Of a DNA stretch of 64,000 nt, positions 47,938 to 57,194 are shown piece after piece. Both the position numbers and the translations under genes were made by a program. The DNA comes from an uncultured Gammaproteobacteria bacterium (lineage in GTDB: Bacteria > Pseudomonadota > Gammaproteobacteria > Steroidobacterales > GCA-2729495). The notes beneath the pieces are model-generated. The model ran no database searches and was not told the DNA's origin. It saw only the letters and a program-made list of their open reading frames with translations. Position 1 is the stretch's first letter. Every line of letters starts with the position of its first letter. Where the stretch lies: the NCBI GenBank assembly GCA_963807995.1, contig CAWEDX010000007.1, positions 132,679 to 196,678 on the forward strand, given 5' to 3'.

Positions 47938-48561
47938 ATGGAACACCAAACCCTCTTGCCCCTACGCACAATTCATTCGCCTGAGAGAACCAGGCTGCTC
48001 ATCCTGCTAGGCCTGTTAGTGACTGGCCAGGTCTTCGCCGCTGCCCACAACCAACTAAAGGAGCTACCCGTCGCCATGGATCAGCAACTGACGGCAGAAA
48101 TCGACGCCGTACTCAACGAATACGAAACCCTGTGGGATGCACAAAAGCCGTCCGGACTCATCGAGCTATGGGACAAAGACGATCCCGAACCCTTCTACCT
48201 GGCCGAAGAACAGGACGAATGGCGCATCGGCTGGGACCAGGTCAAAGACTACTGGAGCCCCAAAGGCCCCAGCTCCACACAGGCCATCCGCATGCGCTTC
48301 GACAGCGTGCAGGCTCGCCTGCTGTCGCCGGAACTCGCCTTCGCCACCTTCTGGATTCGCTTCGACACCAAAATGAAATTCATGCCCAAACCCATCGGCA
48401 GCGACACCCGTGCCAGCGCCATCTTCCGCAAAAAACCCGAAGGCTGGCGCCTGATCACCTGGGCCGAATCACCCCAGTCACCCATCCTCTACATGCAAAA
48501 ACTCTACGAAAAAAACACCAAGCCCGGTTTCGACGAATTCATCGAACAACACGGCAAATAA
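47938..48561 (+). CDS. NTF2-like (SnoaL/DUF4440-type) protein with signal/TM leader
   Basis: Start trimmed to ATG 47938 (the track ORF start 47518 overlaps the previous gene). Hydrophobic leader LLILLGLLVTGQVFA. The family call is by eye. Confidence 0.55.
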   Translation: MEHQTLLPLRTIHSPERTRLLILLGLLVTGQVFAAAHNQLKELPVAMDQQLTAEIDAVLNEYETLWDAQKPSGLIELWDKDDPEPFYLAEEQDEWRIGWDQVKDYWSPKGPSSTQAIRMRFDSVQARLLSPELAFATFWIRFDTKMKFMPKPIGSDTRASAIFRKKPEGWRLITWAESPQSPILYMQKLYEKNTKPGFDEFIEQHGK

Positions 48562-48583
48562 TAGCCGGCTAGAAGCAGCATGT

Positions 48584-49288
48584 ATGGCCCAAAAAACGCT
48601 AAGGATCCAGCGCCTTTCTGACTGCCCGGAAGCCATACCCGAACTCACCAAACTGCTAATTCAGACCTGGCCTGACTGGTACGGACCCCACGGCCCCGGC
48701 AATCCAGACCAGGACCTCGCCGGCTACGCAAACCCCGAGCCGCTACCCTTCGGCCTGGTGGCGTTTTCAAACGACACCGTCTGCGCATTCGCCGGCCTGA
48801 AAACCGACGCCATCTCAGGCTATGAACACCTCCAGCCCTGGGCCGGCACCGCGCTGGTTCAGGAAAACCTTCGCAACAAAGGAATAGGCTCCCAACTACT
48901 CCGCGCCCTGCAAAAAGAAGCCCGGACCGGGGTTTCGAAAAAATATATGCCGGCACCAGCCAGGCCGGAAACCTGCTGCAACGACTCGGGCTGGCAAGCC
49001 ATCGGCACCGCCTCACACAACGGCGAGACAATTCACGTCTACGAGAAAACGCTCAGCGCAAACCCCACAAAAAACCTGACCCCATCCAGACCAGGCACCA
49101 CCCCAACAAACCCAAAAAATACACCACCCTTTCAAGGCCACAAAACCCTCAAGGCCCTGATGGCGAGATTCCGACGCAGCGACTTTATCAGGAGTAAGGC
49201 GGGATATCGCCAGCAGGGCCCGGCACCCCCACAACAAACCCAAAAAAATCACCACCCTTTCAACGCCACAACACCCTCAAGGCCCTGA
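48584..49288 (+). CDS. GNAT family N-acetyltransferase; internal out-of-frame stretch and 3' end running into the repeat array
   Basis: Acetyl-CoA motif region ENLRNKGIGSQLLRALQKEAR. Residues TGVSKKYMPAPARPETCCNDSG read far better in the +2 frame as (D)RGFEKIYAGTSQAGNLLQRLG, before returning to WQAIGTASHNGETIHVYEKTL. The true stop is unclear because the ORF continues through repeat units. Confidence 0.65.
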   Translation: MAQKTLRIQRLSDCPEAIPELTKLLIQTWPDWYGPHGPGNPDQDLAGYANPEPLPFGLVAFSNDTVCAFAGLKTDAISGYEHLQPWAGTALVQENLRNKGIGSQLLRALQKEARTGVSKKYMPAPARPETCCNDSGWQAIGTASHNGETIHVYEKTLSANPTKNLTPSRPGTTPTNPKNTPPFQGHKTLKALMARFRRSDFIRSKAGYRQQGPAPPQQTQKNHHPFNATTPSRP

Positions 49289-49615
49289 TGGCGAGATTTC
49301 GCCGCCGCGACTTTTCCAACAGGAGCAAGGTGGAATATCGCCAGCGGGCCCGGCACCCCCGCAACGAACTCAAAAAAAGCGCCACCCTTTCAACGCCGCA
49401 ACACCCTAAAGGCCCTGATGGCGAGATTTCGCCGCCGCGACTTTCCAACAGGAGCAAGGTGGAATATCACCGGGGCCCGGCACCCCCGTAACGAACTAAA
49501 AAAAGCACGACCCTTTCAAAGCCACAACACCCTCAAGGCCCTGATGGCGAGATTCCGCCGCAGCGACTTTTCTCAGGAGTAAGGCGGGATATCGCCAGCA
49601 GGGCCCGGCACCCCC
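49094..49615 (-). repeat. tandem array of four ~128-bp repeat units (same family as 36.0 kb, opposite orientation)
   Basis: Units end with GGCACCCCC at 49230, 49360, 49487 and 49615 (periods 130/127/128). Each carries CCCTGATGGCGAGATT(C/T)CG...loop...GG(C/T)GG(G/A)ATATC(G/A)CC(A/G)GC(A)GGG hairpin arms and a CCCAAAAAAA-type tract. Confidence 0.85.
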
Positions 49616-49621
49616 TAAACC

Positions 49622-50453
49622 CTACTGCAGGTGCTCCGCAAAAAACCCTGTAGTCCTGACCCAGGCATCCGCCGCCGCCTCCGCATCATAAGCAGTCCCG
49701 GAAGGATTCGAAAAAGCATGCTTGGCACCCGCATAGACCTTCACATCCACAACCTTGCCCTGGCTCGCCAAAGTACTCCGCAACGCCTCCACCGAATCCA
49801 GCGGAATCAAGGGATCGTTCTCGGCGAAATTCCCCATCACCGGCATCTGCAAAGTCGCCAGCGCCTCGGGATCCGTATTCAGCGAACCGTAATAAATCAC
49901 TGCCGCATCAATTTTCTCAGGCAACAACAACGCCGTACGTAACGACCACTGCCCACCCAGACACCAGCCCACGACACCAATGCGCGGCGCGCCCTGCTCG
50001 TTCTCCAGGAACGCAAAGGCTGCACGCAGATTGTCATTAGCCGCTTCGACGTTGCCCATCAGGCTCTGCATTTTCTGCATCGCCTGTTTCGGCGTGGCTG
50101 CAGCTTCGCCACCGTACAAGTCGACGGCCAGCGCCACGTAACCTTCACCGGCCAGCCGCTCCGTCACCTGGCGAATGTTGTCATTCAATCCCCACCACTC
50201 GTGAATCACTATCAGCGCCGGCGCATTGGCCGGCGCATCCACAGGCCTGGCCAGGTAACCGTTAACCGCGCGCCGGCAAGCTCGGCATAAGTCACCGGGC
50301 CGCCCGTCACCGGCTGGCGGGCGCCATACTGGCCATCGGTGTGGCCTCAGGCTTATCCGTCGCATGCACATGCGCCGTCGCCGTGACGATGTCTTCAGCC
50401 ATAGAAAAATTCGCGCTGACGAGCAGCAGAACAGCTAAACAAACCTTGCGCAT
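49622..50453 (-). pseudogene. dienelactone hydrolase family protein, two frame disruptions near the 5' end
   Basis: ATG 50453 after a strong TAAGGAGAG. Signal peptide MRKVCLAVLLLVSANFSMA in one frame, QPVTGGPVTYAELAGAR in a second, VNGYLARPVD...IVIHEWWGLN...GWCLGG... in the third. Breaks at about 50312-50322 and 50266-50268. Confidence 0.8.
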
Positions 50454-50464
50454 GATCACTCTCC

Positions 50465-50781
50465 TTAAGACAGGCGAACGGCGGTACCGCTGATGCTCAC
50501 CATCAGCATGCCGTTCTGCTCACCGAGTACTTCGTAATCCAGATCCACACCGACAACCGCATCGGCGCCCAATCGCGGGCGCTGTCCTGAGTTCCTGCAT
50601 GGATCTCGCGGGCACGCCGCAGTTCTTTCTCGTAGGCTGCCGAGCGACCGCCGACAATATCGCGCAGGCCCGCGAACATATCGCGAAACACGTTGGCGCC
50701 CATGATGGCCTCACCCGTGACGATGCCCAGGTATTCGCGAATCTGCCGCCCGGATATTTCCGGCGTGGTAGTAACAATCAT
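50465..50781 (-). pseudogene. YbjQ/UPF0145 family protein, frame disrupted
   Basis: [60 protein letters not shown] matches the YbjQ pattern. The C-terminus [35 protein letters not shown] is in another frame. Breaks within about 50585-50605. Confidence 0.75.
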
Positions 50782-50812
50782 GCCGATAAGCCCTGCGGCC
50801 TCCTGGCAGCAG

Positions 50813-51870
50813 CTAGCGGAAGCGCTCCTGCAACTGCTGCAGTTTGTCCTGGCCCGGACACAGCTTGTCGAAAGCTACGCCGGCCAGTGCGCCATCCACG
50901 GTATTGGCGATCTCGTGCATGGTGGGCTCCTGCTCATTGATATACAGCAGGCCGGTAACAATTTCGCCCGCGGCCTGGTGCTTCTGCAGATAGGCCATGG
51001 CAGCTGCGCGGTTGGTGGGATCATGACCTTCGTCGACCTTGCGCAACACGATCTGGCCGCCGTCATGCAGCTGCACGGGCATGGCAGAGCCGGCCTCGTA
51101 CTCGGCCACGTATTTCCGTCGACGGCGGCACAAAATCGGCATGAATGGCCGGATGATAGTGCTGGCGCGTAAAGTTATAGCTCTTGGTAGAGCCCTCGTG
51201 ATCGTTAAAAGTGACACAGGGTGAGATCACGTCGATCATGGCGAAGCCGCGATGACGCAGGCCCGCCTTGATCAGCGGCACCAGCTGCTGCCTTGTCGCC
51301 GGAGAAACTGCGCGCCACAAAAGTGCTGCCCATGGCCAGTACGGCGAGGCAGGGATCGATGGGCGACTGCAAGTTCTCTTCGCCCTTTTTCGCCTTGCTG
51401 CCAACATCGGCCGAGGCTGAAAACTGGCCCTTGGTCAGACCATATACGCCGTTATTTTCTATCACGTAGAGCATATTCAGATTGCGCCGTATCGCGTGCG
51501 CAAACTGGCCCAGACCAATAGACAGCGAGTCGCCGTCACCGGATACACCGATGTAAACCAGATCTCGATTGGCCGCATTGGCGCCCGTGGCCACGGACGG
51601 CATGCGCCCATGCACGGAATTAAAACCATGCGACTGGCTCATAAAGTAGGCCGGCGTTTTCGATGAACAGCCGATGCCGCTGAGCTTGGCCACACCATGC
51701 GGTGGAATATTCAGTTCGAAGGCGGCCTGTACCATGGCGCCGGTGATGGAGTCATGACCGCAGCCTGCGCACAGCGTAGACATACCGCCTTCATAGTCGC
51801 GCTCTGTCAGGCCCAGATCATTGCTGGGCAGACGCGGGTGAGCAATTTTCGGTCGGGCGATGTAACTCAT
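50813..51870 (-). pseudogene. korB: 2-oxoacid:ferredoxin oxidoreductase beta subunit, at least two frame disruptions
   Basis: The N-terminal fragment (TLCAGCGHDSI, GIGCSSK, SGDGDSLSIG TPP motif), middle fragment (LRHRGFAMIDVISPCVTFNDHEGS) and C-terminal fragment (GEIVTGLLYINEQEP...) lie in three frames. Breaks at about 51291 and 51125-51140. Confidence 0.85.
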
Positions 51871-53689
51871 GCCGCTTGTCCCCGGGCGAGATCCTGGTTG
51901 ATGGCATCGACGATGGCCGCCGCATTAATGGGCAGACCGTTGTAGTGCAATACCGAGATCAATTTGTTCTGTTCAACATCGGTTTCCAGCAGCAGCAGGC
52001 TGCGCAGCTGAGCATCGCGATTCTGCTCAACGACGTAAATACGGTCGTGATTATCGAGGAAGTCCTGCACCTGCTGATTAAACGGAAACGCCAACACGCG
52101 CAAATAATTGGTGGCGACACCCTGGCCGGCCAGCTGGTCGCGCGCCTCCTGCACCGCATCATCGCAACCGCCAATGGAAATAATCGCGCTGCGGCGCGAA
52201 TCGGAAAACTGAATGACCGGTTCCGGCACGTAGCGCTTGGCCGTTTCCCATTTGCGCCGCAGCCGGTCGACCACTTCCTGGTACTCGCCGGCGTCTTCGG
52301 TATAGGCACCATACATATTGTGGCCGGAACCGCGCGTGAAGTAGGCGCCCTTGGGGTGCACGCCAGGCAGCGTGCGATACAGGAATGGCGTCGCCGTCAA
52401 CGTCGAAATAGCGATGAAACTTTTCGACCTTTTCCAGCTCTTCGGCAGTCAGCACCTTGCCGCGGTCAGGTTTGATAGTTGTCATCCCACTTCAGGTCGC
52501 GGCACATCCAGTCGTTCATGCCGATATCGAGATCGGACAGGACGATCACCGGCGTCTGCAGGCGCTCGGCCAGGTCGAAGGCTTTCACGGCCAGGTAGAA
52601 ACACTCTTCCGGATTCGCCGGAAACAGCAGCACATGGCGGGTATCGCCGTGCGAAGCATAGGCGCAGGCATGATGTCGCACTGCTGGGTGCGCGTCGGCA
52701 TGCCCGTGGACGGGCCGCAGCGCTGCACGTTCGAACAATCACCGCCGGAATCTCGGCGAAATAGGCATAGCCGAGAATTCGCTCATCAGCGAAATGCCCG
52801 GGCCACTGGTCGGCGTAAACGCGCGCGCGCCGTTCCAGCTGGCACCCAGCACCATGCCGATGGCCGCCAGTTCATCCTCGGCCTGGATGATGCAGTAGTT
52901 GTTGCTTGCCGGTTTCCTCATCAACGCGGTAGCTGGGCACAAAATGTCTTGAAGGCGTCCATCAGCGACGTCGACGGCGTGATCGGATACCAGGCACCGA
53001 CCGTGGCGCCGGCGTAACAGGCAACCCAGGCGGCGGCCGTATTGCCGTCGATCATGATGTTGCCGTCGGTCTGGTCTGACGTCTCGGCCTTAAACGGCAA
53101 GCCGACAGGATAATGTTCGCGGGCGTAGTCGAAGCCCAGGGCGATGCGCAATTTTGTTGGCTTCAATCAGCTGCGGCTTGGAACCGAAACGTCTTCTGCA
53201 AGCAGAATCCTCGATAACCGCCATGTCGAGATTCAAGCAGCGCCGCCAGCGCGCCCACATAGGCCATGTTTTTCATCAGGATGCGCGCACGGGCGGTGCT
53301 GAAATGCTCGTTGCACATCTGCGCCAGCGGAATGCCGATTATCTGCGATGTCATCGCGCTTGAGACTGCTTGCTGGCGCGGCCAGGTGGAGTCGTAGAGC
53401 AGCTAGCCGCCGGGCGACACATCATGCAGGTCCTGCTGGTAGGTCTCGGCATTCATCGCCACCATCAGGTCAATGCGGCCGCGCGGGCCAGATAGCCCTG
53501 GGCACTCACGCGGACCTCGTACCAGGTCGGCAGACCCTGGATATTCGACGGGAAGTAATTCTTGCCAACGACCGGGATGCCCATGCGGAAGAGCGACTTC
53601 ATCAGCAGGGCATTGGCGCTGGCCGAGCCGGTGCCGTTGACGTTGGCCACCTTGAGGATGAATTCGTTAGTTGCGGGTACCGTACTCAT
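51867..53689 (-). pseudogene. korA: 2-oxoacid:ferredoxin oxidoreductase alpha subunit, many frame disruptions
   Basis: Start MSTVPATNEFILKVANVNGTGSASAN at 53689. Recognisable fragments are spread over at least 7 track ORFs (53465..53890, 53163..53354, 52921..53166, 52739..52942, 52466..52738, 52159..52485, 51867..52400). ATGA overlap with korB. Confidence 0.85.
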
Positions 53690-53765
53690 GAAAAGTTTCT
53701 GCGCTGAAGAATTAGGGTCTGGGTGGAGGCGGTGATACTCGAAGCTGTTCTGAAGACGCGCCGAC

Positions 53766-55582
53766 TCAGGTGCCGAAGCGACGTTCCAGCGGCTGGCCTT
53801 CGGCTTCATCGTCGGCGTGCGGATGCAGCAGGCGAAACTGTTCTGCATATCCCAGGCGCCGTCGGGCAACGCTCGGCACACAGGCCGCAATGCACGCAGA
53901 GATCTTCGTCTTTCACCATCACCCGGCCGGTTTGCGGCAACGGAGCCGACACATACAGCGCCTGCTCCAGATTTTCCGCCGGGGCCGTCAGCCGCGTGCG
54001 CAGGTCAGCTTCGTCACCGTTGTGCGGTCATAGTCAGACAATCGACGGGACATATGTCGATGCAGGCGTCGCACTCGATGCAAAGCTTGGCGGTAAACTC
54101 AGTCTGAATGTCGCAATTCAGACAGCGCTCGACTTCCTCGGCGGCCTGCTCGGCCGTAAAGCCCAGCTCGACTTCAATGTCGAGCTTGCGAAACCGCTCC
54201 TTCAGGCCCACATGCGGCACGACACGCCGCTCCGAGCCATCGATAGTCGTTGCGATAGCTCCACTCGTGGATGCCCATCTTTGGTGCTGCAGGGTCATGC
54301 CGTCGGGCGGACGCGCGCAATATCCTCACCCTGGCAATACTTATGGATGGAAATGGCGGCCTGGTGACCATGTGCCACGGCCCAGATAATGTTCTTGGGC
54401 CCGAAGGCGGCATCGCCGCCGAAGAAAACCCCCGGCAAAGTAGACTCATCAGGTCGTCTCATCGACGGTCGGGCACGTCCCATTTGTCGAATTCGATGCC
54501 GATATCACGTTCGATCCAGGGAAAGGCATTGTCCTGGCCAATGGCCAGCACCACGTCGTCGCAGGGGAAAAACTCTTCGCCCACGGTGCGCGTATCGGTA
54601 ATGCGGCCTTTTTCGTCGACGTCGTATTCCATCAGGTCGAAGTTCATGCCGACCAGCTTGCCGTTTTCGAGCACAAATTCTTTGGGCGAGTGATTGACCA
54701 CGATCTCGACGTGCTCTTCTTCGGCGTCTTCCAGTTCCCAGTCGGAAGCCTTGAAGAACTCACGCGGCTTGCGCGCCATCACCTTGACGTCGTCGGCGCC
54801 CAGGCGCAGCGAGGTGCGGCAGCAGTCCATGGCGGTGTTGCCCACGCCGATAATCAGCACATTCTTGCCGATTTTGTCGATGTGTTCGAAAGCCACGCTA
54901 TTCCAGCCAGTCGAATGCCGATGTGAATATGATCCGGCGTCTTCATAGCGGCCGGGCAGTTCCAGATTCTTGCCCTCGGGCGCGCCGGTGCCGACAAACA
55001 CGGCGTCGTAATTTTCCGCCAGCAGCTCGCGCATGCTGTCATCGGGTGTATGCAGACGCAGGTCACGCCCATATCGACGATATAGTCGATCTCTTCCTGC
55101 AGAATCGCCGGCGGCAGGCGAAAGGCCGGGATGTTGGTCCACATCAGGCCGCCGGCGCGGTCCAGGGCTTCGTAAATAACCACTTCGTAGCCCAGCGGCA
55201 TCAGATCGTTGGCCACGGCCAGGGACGCGCAACCGGCGCCGATCATGGCCACGCGCTTGCCGTTTTTCTGCGCCGGAATCTCGGGCAGGCGGTCGGTGAT
55301 GTCGCCACGTAAGTCGGCGGCCACGCGTTTCAGCCGACAAATGGCCACCGGCTTGTCCTCCACCCGATCACGACGACAAGCGGGTTCGCAGGGTCGATCA
55401 CAAACGCGACCGAGAATGCCCGGAAACACATTGGAGTGCCGGTTCATCATATAGGCGTCGTCGAAACGACCCTGCGCGATCAGGCGGATATACCCCGGCA
55501 CATTGGTGTGTGCCGGACAGGCGAACTGACAATCGACAACCTTATGGTAGTAGTCAGGATCGGTGGTATCCGTGGGCTGCAT
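53766..55582 (-). pseudogene. GltD-like FAD/NAD(P)-dependent oxidoreductase with N-terminal Fe-S region and C-terminal 2x[4Fe-4S] ferredoxin domain, many frame disruptions
   Basis: ATG 55582 after AAGGAA. MQPTDTTDPDYYHKVVDCQFACPAHTNVPGYI, dinucleotide fold KRVAMIGAGCASLAVA and NVLIIGVGNTAMDC, C-terminal CLNCDIQTEF...CIECDACIDICP and CVHCGLCAERCP. Fragments lie in at least 6 frame segments. Proposed stop TGA at 53766-53768 (...EQFRLLHPHADDEAEGQPLERRFGT). Confidence 0.75.
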
Positions 55583-55775
55583 GAGTTCTGATTTCCTTGA
55601 CGCCGAAGTCGGGGCGAGGGGTCGCAAGTAACGGGTTCTGTTACAGGTTTTCCGCGAGTATACCTAGGCGCGGGGCAATGTGAACGGGTCTTGCGATGGA
55701 CGCCGAAGCGACGGAAGATGCCGTTCCCGGTGCGGCCAGCGCCGGGCCGGTAAGGCCTGACCAGGACACAGAGTT

Positions 55776-56837
55776 ATGACAGAACAAAGCCCTCGCTACG
55801 CGGCCCTCGCGCTGCAGCTGAACACTCGCTGCGTTAACAGCTGCACCGACCGGGACAGCGCGCGCCAGCGGATGCTCGAGAATATCGTCCGGGTGCGCGC
55901 AAACGTGGCCGGCAGCAAGGCTTTCATCCATCAATACAGCGGCGAAAAAGCGCGCCTGGTGGTGCTCCCGGAGTACTTCCTCACCGGCTTCCCCATGGGC
56001 GACAGTATTCCGGCCTGGCGAGACAAAGCCGCGCTGGCCATGGATGGCCCGGAATACGAGGCGCTGGGCGCCATCGCGGCGGACTTCGACCTTTACCTGG
56101 CCGGCAATGCCTACGAGGCCGACCCCAACTTCCCGGAACTGTACTTCCAGTGCTGCTTCATCATCGGCCCGGACGGCCGGGTGGTGCTGCGCTACCGGCG
56201 GATGATTTCCCTTAGCGGCCCCACCCCCTATGACGTCTGGGACAAGTACCTGGATATTTACGGCCTGGACGGGGTATTCCCCGTGGTTGAGACGCCTATC
56301 GGCCGGCTGGCCGCCATCGCCTCGGAAGAAATCCTCTACCCCGAAATTGCCCGTTGCCACGCCATGCGTGGCGCCGAGGTGTTTGTGCACCCGACCAGCG
56401 AAGCCGGCACCCCGCAGGACTCGATCAAGGAAATCGCCCGTCGGGCGCGCGCCATCGAAAACCTCGCCTATGTAGTTTCAGCAAATTCGGGCGGGCTGGA
56501 CGACCTGCCGATCCCGGCGGAATCGACCACCGGCATGTCGAAGGTGGTGGACTATCACGGCCATGTGCTCGCCGAGGCGATGCCCGGCGGTGAGTCGATG
56601 GTGGCCAACGCGACCATCGATCTGCCGGCGCTGCGCGATGCGCGGCGGCGCACCGGCCTGATTAATATGCTGGCGCGCCAGCCGTTCCAGGCCTATGCAG
56701 AGAGTTACGCCGCGACGCAGTTTCAGCCGGCGAATCGCTTGCTGCCGGGCGGCGAGATGCAGACGCCGGAGCGCGGGGACTTTGCGCGCTGGCAACAGGA
56801 AAACATCGACAAGTTGGCGAAGCTTGGTTTGATCTAA
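55776..56837 (+). CDS. carbon-nitrogen hydrolase (nitrilase superfamily) homologue with non-canonical catalytic positions
   Basis: VVLPEYF (Glu 55971-55973). LRYRRM where YRK is expected (Arg 56199-56201). AAIASEE where the nucleophile Cys is expected (Ser 56322-56324). Confidence 0.8.
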   Translation: MTEQSPRYAALALQLNTRCVNSCTDRDSARQRMLENIVRVRANVAGSKAFIHQYSGEKARLVVLPEYFLTGFPMGDSIPAWRDKAALAMDGPEYEALGAIAADFDLYLAGNAYEADPNFPELYFQCCFIIGPDGRVVLRYRRMISLSGPTPYDVWDKYLDIYGLDGVFPVVETPIGRLAAIASEEILYPEIARCHAMRGAEVFVHPTSEAGTPQDSIKEIARRARAIENLAYVVSANSGGLDDLPIPAESTTGMSKVVDYHGHVLAEAMPGGESMVANATIDLPALRDARRRTGLINMLARQPFQAYAESYAATQFQPANRLLPGGEMQTPERGDFARWQQENIDKLAKLGLI

Positions 56838-56876
56838 ACCAGGGTAGGTTAGTGCTTGCGGGGGGTCGCTTTCGGC

Positions 56877-56917
56877 GGCACCCGGCCTGGCTCCGAAAAG
56901 TCGCCTGGCAGGGTGCC
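56877..56917. repeat. isolated hairpin, possibly a degenerate relative of the repeat family
   Basis: GGCACCCGGCCTG (56877-56889) / CTGGCAGGGTGCC (56905-56917), 13-bp arms with 2 mismatches. The loop gctccgaaaagtcgc shares GAAAAGTCGC with the repeat-family loop. Confidence 0.35.
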
Positions 56918-57110
56918 GACTGCGCGACCTGTGCACACACGCAGCGAGATCGTTAGGTTTAGACATTGGGGGCGTGCGTTAGTGCAGCGCCTGGCCAGAC
57001 CCCGGGCGAATTACCTGGGCGTTGTTCGCGCGAGCAGCGTCTTGGAGAAAATCTCTCTATGCGGCGGCATCATCGTTACCGCCGTCATCAGCAGTCATTT
57101 CGCGGACAAG

Positions 57111-57133
57111 AAAAACCCGGCGCAGGGCCGGGT
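57111..57133 (-). terminator. rho-independent terminator of the small lipoprotein gene
   Basis: On the minus strand, ACCCGGC-cctgc-GCCGGGT followed by TTTTT. Located 60 nt after the stop at 57195. Confidence 0.6.
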
Positions 57134-57194
57134 CCTTCTATTCATTAACTTCAGTCTCAGCTTGACCGGCGCCTGATCCAGCCGAGCCTGCCGA

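Noticed and set aside
49094-49615. Possible CRISPR array (regular ~128-bp periodicity with a palindromic element)
   Set aside because: The segments between hairpins are conserved from unit to unit rather than unique. The period is far longer than a repeat-plus-spacer unit. The palindromic element itself is about 65 nt. No cas genes or leader are present.
53465-53890. 141-aa minus-strand ORF that looks like a single small gene
   Set aside because: It is a chimera created by frame errors. Its 5' part is the out-of-frame 3' end of the GltD-like gene (CPTGAWDMQ region). Its 3' part is the true start of korA (MSTVPATNEF...).
48900-55600. Programmed frameshifting or phase variation as an explanation for the frame breaks
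   Set aside because: There are too many breaks per gene. No slippery heptamers or long repeat tracts occur at the breaks. Unrelated genes are hit in one contiguous stretch. Recoding is not a credible explanation.
55641-56390. 249-aa minus-strand ORF
   Set aside because: It lies antisense to the well-supported CN-hydrolase gene. It is Ala/Gly/Val/Arg-rich with no motifs.
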